Shown here piece by piece: positions 19,121-27,850 of a stretch of 32,000 nt of DNA. How positions within the stretch are numbered: position 1 is the stretch's first letter; each line of letters begins with the position of its first letter. The translations under genes and the position numbers were made by a program. Origin of the DNA: Desulfotalea psychrophila LSv54 (GTDB taxonomy: Bacteria > Desulfobacterota > Desulfobulbia > Desulfobulbales > Desulfocapsaceae); the NCBI RefSeq assembly GCF_000025945.1, contig NC_006138.1:90001-122000 (forward strand), given 5' to 3'. A model generated the notes under the pieces. That model searched no databases. It was not told where the DNA came from and was given only the letters and a program-made list of their open reading frames with translations.

Positions 19121-19205
19121 TTGGTGCCGAAGGTCGGGGTCGAACCGACATGGGTTGCCCCACACGACCCTCAATCGTGCGCGTCTACCAATTCCACCAC
19201 TTCGG
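19121..19205 (-). tRNA. tRNA-Leu(GAG), copy 1, CCA encoded
   Basis: Minus strand: GCCGAAGTGGTGGAATTGGTAGACGCGCACGATTGAGGGTCGTGTGGGGCAACCCATGTCGGTTCGACCCCGACCTTCGGCACCA. Acceptor GCCGAAG/CTTCGGC, anticodon stem CACGA/TCGTG around TTGAGGG, T-loop TTCGACC. Confidence 0.96.
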
Positions 19206-19277
19206 CACACAAAATTGTGTGTTCTTTTTGCTGTGAGCTGAACTCATTTTTTACTGCTCACCGTTGCTACGAGGACC

Positions 19278-19306
19278 TTTATACACAATCAGAAAAGAGC
19301 TGTCAA
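19278..19306 (-). promoter_or_regulatory. Consensus sigma70-type promoter upstream of tRNA-Leu copy 1
   Basis: Minus strand: TTGACA - 17 nt (GCTCTTTTCTGATTGTG) - TATAAA. Confidence 0.8.
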
Positions 19307-19384
19307 CAAAATAAATACTCTTTTATTTCATTTAATCTTCTTTTATAACAAGAGATTAGCAAAGGCATGATTCAAGGTAAAAAA

Positions 19385-19414
19385 AAAGCTCCAAATCATT
19401 TCTGATTTGGAGCT
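19385..19414 (-). terminator. Rho-independent terminator downstream of tRNA-Leu copy 2
   Basis: Identical 13-bp stem to copy 1, followed by a U-tract on the minus strand. Confidence 0.93.
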
Positions 19415-19444
19415 TTCCAGAATCTTGGTGAAGATCCTTTAAAT

Positions 19445-19529
19445 TTGGTGCCGAAGGTCGGGGTCGAACCGACATGGGTTGCCCCACACGACCCTCAATC
19501 GTGCGCGTCTACCAATTCCACCACTTCGG
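19445..19529 (-). tRNA. tRNA-Leu(GAG), copy 2, CCA encoded, directly downstream of secG
   Basis: Same tRNA sequence as copy 1. Its 5' end is 17 nt after the secG stop codon. Confidence 0.96.
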
Positions 19530-19546
19530 CACACAAAATTGTGTGT

Positions 19547-19882
19547 TTATTCTTTTACAGCAGGTACATCTGATACAGCTGGAGTTGCAACCTTGCTCTC
19601 TTGCACCGCCGGCGTAGTAATAACGTTCTCCATCACAGAGCCTGAACCAGACTGAGATGATATAAACGCTAAAGCCATAGATGTCAACATAAAAATAATA
19701 GCAATAGCAGTCGTAAGCTTATTAAGCAGTGGCACAGGCCCTTCGGACCCAAAAAGGGATTGACTAGAACCACCACCGCCAAAAGCCGCACCCGCATCAG
19801 CACCCTTACCGTGTTGAAGTAAAACAACTCCAATCAGGAAGAGACAAACAACAACATGTGCAATTGTTAGGAGAGTATCCAT
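19547..19882 (-). CDS. secG: Preprotein translocase subunit SecG
   Basis: 111 aa. 'VCLFLIGVVLLQHGKGADAGAAFGGGGSSQSLFGSEGPVPLLNKLTTAIAIIFMLTSMALAFI', next to tpiA and tRNA-Leu. Confidence 0.95.
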   Translation of the reverse strand: MDTLLTIAHVVVCLFLIGVVLLQHGKGADAGAAFGGGGSSQSLFGSEGPVPLLNKLTTAIAIIFMLTSMALAFISSQSGSGSVMENVITTPAVQESKVATPAVSDVPAVKE

Positions 19883-19898
19883 GTCGTATTACAAACCC

Positions 19899-20654
19899 TT
19901 ATTCAAAATTAATTATGCGAGCAAAAGATATACTATCTAAAGCCGCGCCACCTACTAAGGCTCCATCGATATCCTGTTGGGACATCAACTCGTCTACATT
20001 GGTTGCTTTAACCGAGCCACCATACAATATACGCAGTCCTTCCGCAATATCTTTTTCATATATTTCTGAAATTAATTGCCGCAGGGCAGCGTGTGTTTCC
20101 TGAACCTGCTCCTTGCTTGCCGTGACTCCGGTGCCAATTGCCCAGACAGGTTCATAGGCAAGAACAACCTGTTTCATCTGGGAAGCAGGAACATCTGCAA
20201 GTCCCTTACGCACCTGTCTCTCAAGCACGGCCTGGGTATTGCCCGCCTCACGCTCCTCAAGGGTCTCGCCAATACATAAAATGCCCATCAAACCAAAGGC
20301 CAGAGCACCCTTTAAGCGTTTGTTAATCACCTCATCACTTTCAAAAAATACCTGGCGACGTTCAGAGTGGCCAACAATTGCACAGCTTGCCCCCGCATCT
20401 TGGAGCATAGTGGGAGAAATCTCTCCGGTAAAGGCACCCTTTTCTTCCCAGCAGACATTGTGCGACGAGAGGATAATCTTACTACCCGCAAGGATATGGG
20501 AGACTTCGCTTATTATTGTGCAGGGCGGTGCAAGAAGCACCTCTCTATCCGTATAATCCTTACAGGATGCAACAATTTCCGCTGCCAGACGACAACCTTC
20601 AAGCACCGTCATATGCATCTTCCAGTTCCCTGCAATCAAAGCCTTTCTCTTCAT
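19899..20654 (-). CDS. tpiA: Triosephosphate isomerase
   Basis: GNWKMHMT..., CAIVGHSERRQVFFE, VLAYEPVWAIGTGVTAS and LYGGSVKATNVDELMSQQDIDGALVGGAAL. Confidence 0.98.
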   Translation of the reverse strand: MKRKALIAGNWKMHMTVLEGCRLAAEIVASCKDYTDREVLLAPPCTIISEVSHILAGSKIILSSHNVCWEEKGAFTGEISPTMLQDAGASCAIVGHSERRQVFFESDEVINKRLKGALAFGLMGILCIGETLEEREAGNTQAVLERQVRKGLADVPASQMKQVVLAYEPVWAIGTGVTASKEQVQETHAALRQLISEIYEKDIAEGLRILYGGSVKATNVDELMSQQDIDGALVGGAALDSISFARIINFE

Positions 20655-20748
20655 CTCTTCACCCTGTTATAGTTATTCTATATGGAGCTGGGAGGTTTAA
20701 CCTATCCCGCACCTCAAAATAGATTAAACCTTAACCTATTGATACCAG

Positions 20749-21927
20749 TTATGCTTCCAAGGCATCCACCCCAGGTAGGGTTTTCCCCTCCATCAACTGC
20801 AAGAAGGCCCCTCCACCGGTGGACATATAGGAGATATTATCTGCCTCGCCTGATTTCTTCACTGCGGCATTAGAATCCCCACCACCAGTGATCGAAAGCG
20901 CCTGCGAAGCGGCAACATCACGACAGAGACTCATGGTCCCTCCGGCAAAGGCATCCATCTCAAAAGCGCCCATGGGCCCATTCCAGACGATGGTACCGGC
21001 ACCCTGCAGGGCCTCTCGAAAGAGAATACTACTTGCCGGGCCGACATCGAGGGCCATCCAACCCTCCGGAACACTATCGGCGGGCACAGTCTTGTGCACC
21101 GCATCGGCGGCAAAACGATCTGCAACCACAAAATCAACGGGAAGATAGACCTTCATCCCCCGCTCCCCTGCTGCCTGCAGAAAATTCCTGGCGGTGACAA
21201 GCAGGTCATCCTCCACCTTTGAGGCACCAACATCGACGCCCTGACTCATTAAGAAGGTATTGGCCATGGCACCGCCAATAATCATCTTATCGACCTTACC
21301 AAGCATATTTTCCAGGGCACCTATCTTAGAGGAGACCTTGGCTCCACCCACCAGGGCCACCAGGGGACGAATGGGGTCATTCATCGATTTATGAAAATAA
21401 TCTATCTCTGTCTGCAGGAGAAAGCCGGCACATTTTTCAGCTACCCGCTCGGCAACTCCAACCACGGAGGCATGGGCTCGATGAGATACGGCAAAGGCAT
21501 CATTTACATAGACATCGGCAAGTCCTGCAAGCTTACCGGCAAAGACGGCATCATTTTCCGTTTCTTCGCCGTAAAAACGAAGGTTTTGCAAAAGAAGCAC
21601 CTCGCCTACGCCAAGGGCTGCCACCTGCGCCTCCACCTCAGCACCAATACAATCCGGAGCAATGCCGACATCTCTGCCTAGCAGACCTGCAAGATGACGG
21701 GCTATGGGAGCAAGACTATACTCCTCAACTCGCTTGCCCTTGGGCCTACCCATATGAGAACAGATAATTAAGCGGCCACCCTGTTCAAGCACATAGCGTA
21801 GGGTGGGAAGAACCATACGAATACGAATATCGTCGGTTATTCGTTGCTTATCATCCATCGGCACATTAAAATCCACCCGTACCAAGACTCGCTTACCGGC
21901 GAGTTCCAATTCACGTAACGACTTCAT
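20749..21927 (-). CDS. pgk: Phosphoglycerate kinase
   Basis: VLVRVDFNVPMDDKQRITDDIRI, SHMGRPKG, GGAKVSSKIGALENML and GNTAL-type 'ITGGGDSNAAVKK'. Confidence 0.98.
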   Translation of the reverse strand: MKSLRELELAGKRVLVRVDFNVPMDDKQRITDDIRIRMVLPTLRYVLEQGGRLIICSHMGRPKGKRVEEYSLAPIARHLAGLLGRDVGIAPDCIGAEVEAQVAALGVGEVLLLQNLRFYGEETENDAVFAGKLAGLADVYVNDAFAVSHRAHASVVGVAERVAEKCAGFLLQTEIDYFHKSMNDPIRPLVALVGGAKVSSKIGALENMLGKVDKMIIGGAMANTFLMSQGVDVGASKVEDDLLVTARNFLQAAGERGMKVYLPVDFVVADRFAADAVHKTVPADSVPEGWMALDVGPASSILFREALQGAGTIVWNGPMGAFEMDAFAGGTMSLCRDVAASQALSITGGGDSNAAVKKSGEADNISYMSTGGGAFLQLMEGKTLPGVDALEA

Positions 21928-21956
21928 ACGTTTCTCCTTCTATATTGAGAAAAACA

Positions 21957-22397
21957 CTAATTATTAACAACTGTTTTTTTTAAAACCAAGGCATCATCGG
22001 CAGGATTCTGATAGTAATTCTTTCGCGTTCCCACCTGCTTAAAACCATTTTTAGCATAGAGACGACAGGCGGGAGTATTATGAGAACGTACCTCTAAAAA
22101 AATCTCACAGACATTCTGAGCCTCAAGGTGTGCCAGGGCCTCCTTCAACAACAGCTGCCCCAACCCTTGCCCTCTATGGCTTTTATCAATAGCAATTTTA
22201 AGCAGTTCTGCTTCAAAATCAAGCAAGGTCAGAGCGCACCAGCCAACAATCAGATTACCATCCAGCAAAACATATTGAAAACCACGAGGACAATTATATT
22301 CTTCGAGCAGGGATGAGGGCGACCAGGGCGAGGGGGATTGTGATTCAATCCTGACAACAGAATCAAGATCTGCAGGAAGCATGGCACGAAACAACAT
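21957..22397 (-). CDS. rimI: Ribosomal-protein-S18-alanine N-acetyltransferase (GNAT)
   Basis: 146 aa. 'LLKIAIDKSHRGQGLGQLLLKEALAHLEAQNVCEIFLEVRSHNTPACRLYAKNGFKQVGTRKNYY'. Confidence 0.88.
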   Translation of the reverse strand: MLFRAMLPADLDSVVRIESQSPSPWSPSSLLEEYNCPRGFQYVLLDGNLIVGWCALTLLDFEAELLKIAIDKSHRGQGLGQLLLKEALAHLEAQNVCEIFLEVRSHNTPACRLYAKNGFKQVGTRKNYYQNPADDALVLKKTVVNN

Positions 22398-22445
22398 TTT
22401 TTTACCTCTAAAGGGCCCTACAGGGGATGCAGAGCCCTTTAAAAA

Positions 22446-23663
22446 TTAGATCATCTTAGCTGCTACCTGCTTAGTAAGATCTCCCAGCATATTGGTATAA
22501 CTAGCCAACTCATTATCATACCAACCGTAAACCACTGCCTGGGTCACGGGAACATCGAGGAGCGGACTCGCACCATCGACCAGAGAAGCACCTGCGACAT
22601 TATTCAGGTTCACCTGAATATTGGCGGTACGGGTATGGGTTTCGCTAGCTTCAATGACAGCTGCTGCCACCGGATATCCCATGATATCAGAAGAGACGTT
22701 CTGTTCCTCTGAATAACGCAGAAAGTTATTGATCTCGGAATACTCTTTATAGATACCGTTAATCAGATTACGCTTTATCCGCTCTTCCTTATCATCCTGG
22801 AGATTAAGGACAAGGATAATCAGTGAACCAGCCGCAGTAGGGACACGGACGGACTCTGCCATAAAACCAATGGAGGCCATCTCGGGAATAACAAGGGCAA
22901 GGGCCTTGGCTGCACCGGTTGTGGTCAGAATTATATTATTTAAAATCGATCGGTTTTTACGTAGATCCTGAGCACCGGCACCAGGCAAACGGTCAAGCAC
23001 CTGCTGGCTGCCCGTTGCGGCATGAACCGTAACCATAGAAGCACTCAGCACCCGGTCAGCACCCAAAGAGTCAAGCAAAGGCTTGATCATATAGGAAAGA
23101 CAGGTCGTGGTACAGGATGCCGCTGAAATGAGGGAGTGCTGCTGAGGATCATAACTCTCATCGTTAATGCCCGAAACAACCGTTACCGCATCTTCCGGCA
23201 TAACAAGTCCCTTCGACTTGATCTTAAACGGTGCTGAAAGAACAACCTTTTCAGCGCCGGATTGCATATGACCGCGCAGAGCGCCACGAGCAGAATCAGC
23301 ATCGGCTGTTGGATCGGTAAAGGCACCCGTACTATCCACAACAAGCTTAACACCATGCTCTTGCCAGCCAATTTCCCGTGGATTTCTCGCATTGCGCAAT
23401 ATTTTAACAGGGACACCATTTATCACCATGGTGCCTGCTGCTTCATTCAGTTCCTCAATTACTCGCCCACCATGACATCCATGCAGATAAGCTGCGAGAT
23501 TGCCAAAGGTTGAATCACGTTCAATAGAAGAAGCAAGATCGTGGAGGCCACCTCCAACTTCGCGACCAATATTCACCACTACTTCGGAAAAATTTTCATG
23601 GGCCACGTGATGCCATAGAGAAAGTTTCCCTATCCTTCCAAGTCCATTGATACCTAATTTCAT
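22446..23663 (-). CDS. Glyceraldehyde-3-phosphate dehydrogenase-like protein, divergent
   Basis: Starts MKLGINGLGRIGK. Contains catalytic-region SAASCTTTCLSY, a WYDNE motif (GWYDNELASYTNM) and a VPTAAGSL segment. The ORF track start at 23783 is too long; ATG at 23663 fits the Rossmann start. Confidence 0.88.
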   Translation of the reverse strand: MKLGINGLGRIGKLSLWHHVAHENFSEVVVNIGREVGGGLHDLASSIERDSTFGNLAAYLHGCHGGRVIEELNEAAGTMVINGVPVKILRNARNPREIGWQEHGVKLVVDSTGAFTDPTADADSARGALRGHMQSGAEKVVLSAPFKIKSKGLVMPEDAVTVVSGINDESYDPQQHSLISAASCTTTCLSYMIKPLLDSLGADRVLSASMVTVHAATGSQQVLDRLPGAGAQDLRKNRSILNNIILTTTGAAKALALVIPEMASIGFMAESVRVPTAAGSLIILVLNLQDDKEERIKRNLINGIYKEYSEINNFLRYSEEQNVSSDIMGYPVAAAVIEASETHTRTANIQVNLNNVAGASLVDGASPLLDVPVTQAVVYGWYDNELASYTNMLGDLTKQVAAKMI

Positions 23664-23899
23664 AGCAGCGTTTCTCCTTTCTTTATAGAATGGAAACATA
23701 ATTGCAACTGCGCCTGCTGCTTTGCCATAAAGCCCAGTTGTACGATTAACAACACCTACGGTACAGCTAAAAGGCAATCTCAAAAACTACCTACTGTCTT
23801 ATCAAGAGCATATCACTCAGACCTGTCAGCGTGCCACCCTCTTTAGCACCAAGGCAATTGATATGCAATATAAATTTTACTTATAGAAGAGATACTTAT

Positions 23900-24610
23900 A
23901 TGGACTTCTCACAAGGACTCACCCCGGCAAGACTCATCAGAAGATATAAACGGTTTTTAGCGGATGTAGAGATCGAAGATGGTACGATCATAACAGTCTA
24001 CTGCCCCAATACGGGCACCATGCGTACCTGCTCAACACCTAACAGCCCCGTTATGCTCTCCATCTCCGACAACCCCAAGAGAAAATACGCCCACACCCTG
24101 GAGATGATCTTTGAAAATCACACTTGGATAGGAGTTAACACAGGGCGGACAAATAGCATCGTCGCAAAGGCCATTCTCAATGGCAGTATAGCTGAATTTT
24201 CTGGAGCTACCAAGGTGCAGCGAGAGATAACCGTCTCCAAGGGCAGTCGATTAGACCTCCTTGTAGACCATGCGGATCAAAAAAGCTATATTGAAATTAA
24301 AAATTGTTCCATGGCGGAAAATCGAAGGGCAATGTTCCCCGATGCAGTCACTGCCCGCGGCACAAAGCACCTACGAGAGCTTATCAAATTAGTGAAGCAA
24401 GGAGAAAATGCCTACATATTCTTTCTTATCCAACGAGAGGACGCCGATTCCTTCTCGCCGGCAACCCACATAGATCCCCTCTACGCCAACACGCTGAAAG
24501 AAGCACTGCAACAAGGAGTGCAGGCACTGGCCTACCAGGCAAGCGTCATTCTCCGAGCGCTTCCAATCATCCTCAACGGCAGTAACTCTCCTCACCTGCC
24601 ACAAAGGTAA
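23900..24610 (+). CDS. sfsA: SfsA family (sugar fermentation stimulation) protein
   Basis: ARLIRRYKRFLADVEIEDGTIITVYCPNTGTMRTC, GVNTGRTNSIV and SYIEIKNCSMAE..RRAMFPDAVTARGTKHLRELIKLVKQG...FLIQREDADSF. The start was moved to ATG 23900. Confidence 0.95.
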   Translation: MDFSQGLTPARLIRRYKRFLADVEIEDGTIITVYCPNTGTMRTCSTPNSPVMLSISDNPKRKYAHTLEMIFENHTWIGVNTGRTNSIVAKAILNGSIAEFSGATKVQREITVSKGSRLDLLVDHADQKSYIEIKNCSMAENRRAMFPDAVTARGTKHLRELIKLVKQGENAYIFFLIQREDADSFSPATHIDPLYANTLKEALQQGVQALAYQASVILRALPIILNGSNSPHLPQR

Positions 24611-25838
24611 GAGTGGCAGCGCCCTTAAGCTTCCAACCATCAAAGGGAGAGTTTGCCCCCCGGGAACGGCCTTCTGCAATAAGGAAGGTATGTTCCAGCT
24701 CGGGATCAATTACGGTAACATCTGCAATAGCACCTACCCCCAGTTCACCACCGGCAACGGAAAGTATTTGGGCTGGTACTGAACTCATCAGTTCCACAAG
24801 GCGTGATGGAGTAAGAACACCATCACGAACAAGGGCAAGAGAGAGACCAAGAGATGTTTCAAGACCCACTATACCATTTGCCGCATACTCAAAGGTCACC
24901 TCTTTCTCAACAATGGAGTGAGGTGCATGATCGGTGGCTATGACATCGAGAGTTCCATCGGCTAAGGCCTGACGAATTGCCTGGCGATGCTCCTCAGTAC
25001 GTAGAGGCGGATTCATTTTGGCATGGGTGTCATATCCGATCACTGCATCATCGGTCAAAGAGAAGTAATGAGGTGCCGTCTCTGCTGTCACCGGCAAACC
25101 ACGTTTTTTCGCATCGCGAATAGCAGCCAGAGATTCTATACAGCTCACATGAGCAATATGGAGGCGAGCCCCGGTCAGCCCAGCCAGGGCAATTTCACGC
25201 TGAACCATAATCGATTCGGCAACGGCAGGAATACCCTTAAGACCAAGACGAGTCGCAACCAGACCCTCGTTCATGCAGCCTCGCTTACTCAGTGTTGGCT
25301 CCTCTGAATGAGAGATAACAAGCATATCATGGCTCTTGGCGTACTCCATGGCCCTGCGCATCAGCTGACTGCTTACCACCGGATTACCATCATCGGTAAG
25401 GGCAACAGCACCAGCATGCTTCATATCAGCATATTCAGCGAGACTCTCACCCTTAAGGCCTTCACTCAGCGCCCCAACAGGATAGACACGGGCAGCAGCC
25501 CCCTCGCTTTTTTCAAGGATATAACGGGTAACAGATCCGGTATCATTGACAGGATCGGTATTTGGCATACAGGCGACGGCAGTAAAACCACCAGCGGCAG
25601 CCGCATCGGTACCGGTTACAATACTCTCCTTATACTCTTCACCCGGATCACGCAGATGCACATGCATGTCTATCAGACCAGGCACCACCCACTTACCGGC
25701 AAGATCATAGATCTTTGCATCTTCCGGAACAGTCTCCTGAGGAGCAATGATCTGACCATCTTCCATCCAGATATCCGCATCTTCATCACGACGATTACGC
25801 GGATCAATAACCCTGCCACCCTTTAATATAATGATCAT
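24573..25838 (-). CDS. pyrC: Dihydroorotase
   Basis: 421 aa. 'GLIDMHVHLRDPGEEYKESIVTGTDAAAAGGFTAVACMPNTDPVND', 'LHIAHVSC' and 'DVIATDHAPH'. Confidence 0.96.
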   Translation of the reverse strand: MIIILKGGRVIDPRNRRDEDADIWMEDGQIIAPQETVPEDAKIYDLAGKWVVPGLIDMHVHLRDPGEEYKESIVTGTDAAAAGGFTAVACMPNTDPVNDTGSVTRYILEKSEGAAARVYPVGALSEGLKGESLAEYADMKHAGAVALTDDGNPVVSSQLMRRAMEYAKSHDMLVISHSEEPTLSKRGCMNEGLVATRLGLKGIPAVAESIMVQREIALAGLTGARLHIAHVSCIESLAAIRDAKKRGLPVTAETAPHYFSLTDDAVIGYDTHAKMNPPLRTEEHRQAIRQALADGTLDVIATDHAPHSIVEKEVTFEYAANGIVGLETSLGLSLALVRDGVLTPSRLVELMSSVPAQILSVAGGELGVGAIADVTVIDPELEHTFLIAEGRSRGANSPFDGWKLKGAATLTFVAGEESYCR

Positions 25839-25840
25839 AA

Positions 25841-26797
25841 CTAAACTCCCTGCTCCTCACCATTTCTATTGCCACCTGCAACCAGGTAGAGAAGTGCCAT
25901 ACGTACGGCAACACCGTTAGTCACCTGATCAAGGATTACAGAACCCTTTCCATCGGCCACATCGGGATTGAGTTCCACCCCCCGATTCACAGGTCCCGGG
26001 TGCATGATGATAACATCATCTGCTGCCCGCTCCAGAAGCTTTTTATTGACCCCATAACAGATGGAATACTCGCGAAGACTCGGAATCAACGGATCATTCT
26101 GTCTCTCCTTTTGAATGCGGAGAGCCATGACCACATTAGCATCCTGCACAGCCTCTGCAACAGAACTATAGACCTCCACCCCCATCGCCTCTATCCCCAT
26201 GGGAATAAAGGTAGCAGGACCGGCAAGGCGAACCGTGGCTCCCATCTTGGTGAAACCAATGATATCAGAGAGAGCAACACGACTATGGGCGATGTCACCA
26301 ATAATAGTAATAATCAAGCCCTTGATAGAGCCAAAATTATCCCGTACGGTCATCATATCAAGCAGGGCCTGACTTGGATGTTCGTGAGTACCATCACCTG
26401 CGTTAATGATAGATGCATCTATATGTTTGGCCAAAATTTGAGCAGCACCAGAACTCGAGTGACGCAGGACAATCGCATCCGGTCGCATCGCCTCAATATT
26501 ACGAGCTGTATCCACCAGGGTTTCACCCTTGGTGGTAGAACTGGTGGACCCTGAAATATTAAAGGTATCTGCACTCAATCTCTTCCCGGCAACTTCAAAG
26601 GAGAGACGCGTCCTGGTCGATGGCTCCAGAAAAAGATTCACCACCGTTTTACCGCGCAGTGTTGGCACCTTTTTTATGGAGCGCTCTGATATTTCTTTAA
26701 ACGATTGAGCCGTGTCAAGGATATGGACAATATCCTCCGTAGACATCTGCTCAATGCCAAAAATATGTTTATGTGAAAAACAGTATGTGGAATCCAT
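25841..26797 (-). CDS. pyrB: Aspartate carbamoyltransferase catalytic subunit
   Basis: '[22 protein letters not shown]', '[16 protein letters not shown]', '[21 protein letters not shown]' and '[14 protein letters not shown]'. The likely start is ATG 26797, within the ORF extending to 26851. Confidence 0.96.
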   Translation of the reverse strand: MDSTYCFSHKHIFGIEQMSTEDIVHILDTAQSFKEISERSIKKVPTLRGKTVVNLFLEPSTRTRLSFEVAGKRLSADTFNISGSTSSTTKGETLVDTARNIEAMRPDAIVLRHSSSGAAQILAKHIDASIINAGDGTHEHPSQALLDMMTVRDNFGSIKGLIITIIGDIAHSRVALSDIIGFTKMGATVRLAGPATFIPMGIEAMGVEVYSSVAEAVQDANVVMALRIQKERQNDPLIPSLREYSICYGVNKKLLERAADDVIIMHPGPVNRGVELNPDVADGKGSVILDQVTNGVAVRMALLYLVAGGNRNGEEQGV

Positions 26798-26857
26798 ATG
26801 CTCTATTTTTATAAGGTGTTTATAAAGATGCCTGTCCCAACAAAAAGACAAACATGA

Positions 26858-27502
26858 CTAATCAACCAACCTACCAATCCGCGCCCATTTTATAGACGTC
26901 CACCTATCAAGTGAGAAGAGGGGTTGCTTGATATTCCAAGACCAATAGAGAACAAATGCCTCACCCAGTATGGCCTTTTTATTCACAAATCCCCAAAAAC
27001 GACTATCATAGCTATTGTCACGATTATCCCCCATGACAAAAATGCTTCCATCCGGCACCAAAATGGGGCCAAGATTATCCCGGGGACTCTCACCACGAGG
27101 CAACATTGGAGAGTCAGTCACATAGGCATGGGAATCGTCAACCTTCTTCCCATTAATATAGATGACCTTGTTCTTTATTACAATTTGATCACCAGAAATA
27201 CCAACAACTCTTTTTATATAATCAATGGAGGGATCTTTAGGAAAACGAAAAACAACAATATCTCCGCGTTCAGGAGTACTTATGGGAATAATGGTTTTTC
27301 CAGAGAAAGGCGTTTTTATACCATAAATAAACTTATTGACCAGTAGGTGATCACCAATTTGCAGGGTAGGAAGCATTGAGCCAGACGGAATTTTAAAGGC
27401 CTGAACGACAAAAGTCCGGATAAAAAGAGCAAGAATAATGGCTACCACAATAGCTTCCACATATTCTCGCACGACCGATTTACCGTTTATATTTTTCCCC
27501 AA
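26858..27502 (-). CDS. lepB: Signal peptidase I
   Basis: TM followed by 'FKIPSGSMLPTLQIGDHLLVNKFIYG', 'GDIVVFRFPKDPSIDYIKRVVGISGDQI' and 'MGDNRDNSYDSRFWGFV'. Confidence 0.96.
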   Translation of the reverse strand: MGKNINGKSVVREYVEAIVVAIILALFIRTFVVQAFKIPSGSMLPTLQIGDHLLVNKFIYGIKTPFSGKTIIPISTPERGDIVVFRFPKDPSIDYIKRVVGISGDQIVIKNKVIYINGKKVDDSHAYVTDSPMLPRGESPRDNLGPILVPDGSIFVMGDNRDNSYDSRFWGFVNKKAILGEAFVLYWSWNIKQPLFSLDRWTSIKWARIGRLVD

Positions 27503-27850
27503 AACAAACCCCTTAAAGTGTAGGTATGAGTACCTCTAAATAGAACCGCATACAAATCTTGCCCAAGCTACTGCAATTTTTTTTTTATTACAAGACTGTT
27601 ATACAGCTCTATTATGCAAAAATATAAAAAAAGAACAAGATCCTAACAATAATCTGGCAGAAGGATAATAAATAAATTAACAGTAATTTACCGATATATC
27701 AGAAAACAAAGAAGGCCAATACCCCTCATTTGAGCCCTTGACAAAGGGCTAATTCTATGTCCTAAATAACCTATAAACTTAGTTTCTTAATGAGGTTCAT
27801 CGTTCGTCACATTTTTTGTGCCTACATGATGCTGTTTTTTTTCACTTAGG

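Larger units (their letters stand above)
19055..19221 (-). repeat. Copy 1 of an approximately 167-bp tRNA-Leu/terminator repeat
   Basis: Near-identical to 19379-19545 at an offset of 324 bp. I see one internal difference (CCAGGATCT versus CCAGAATCT). Confidence 0.93.
19379..19545 (-). repeat. Copy 2 of the approximately 167-bp tRNA-Leu/terminator repeat
   Basis: See copy 1 at 19055-19221. Confidence 0.93.

Noticed and set aside
18747-19163. 138-aa minus-strand ORF in the gap before the tRNA genes
   Set aside because: Starts inside tRNA-Leu copy 1 and crosses its terminator, with skewed Pro/Ser/Leu/Cys composition.
19121-19348. 75-aa plus-strand ORF ([28 protein letters not shown]...)
   Set aside because: Translation of the antisense of a tRNA gene. 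'VGVEPT'-type peptides are a well-known spurious annotation product.
19055-19545. tRNA duplication as an integrated-element attL/attR pair
   Set aside because: Only about 157 bp separates the units, with no integrase or cargo, and the spacer holds a promoter. A local tandem duplication explains it better.
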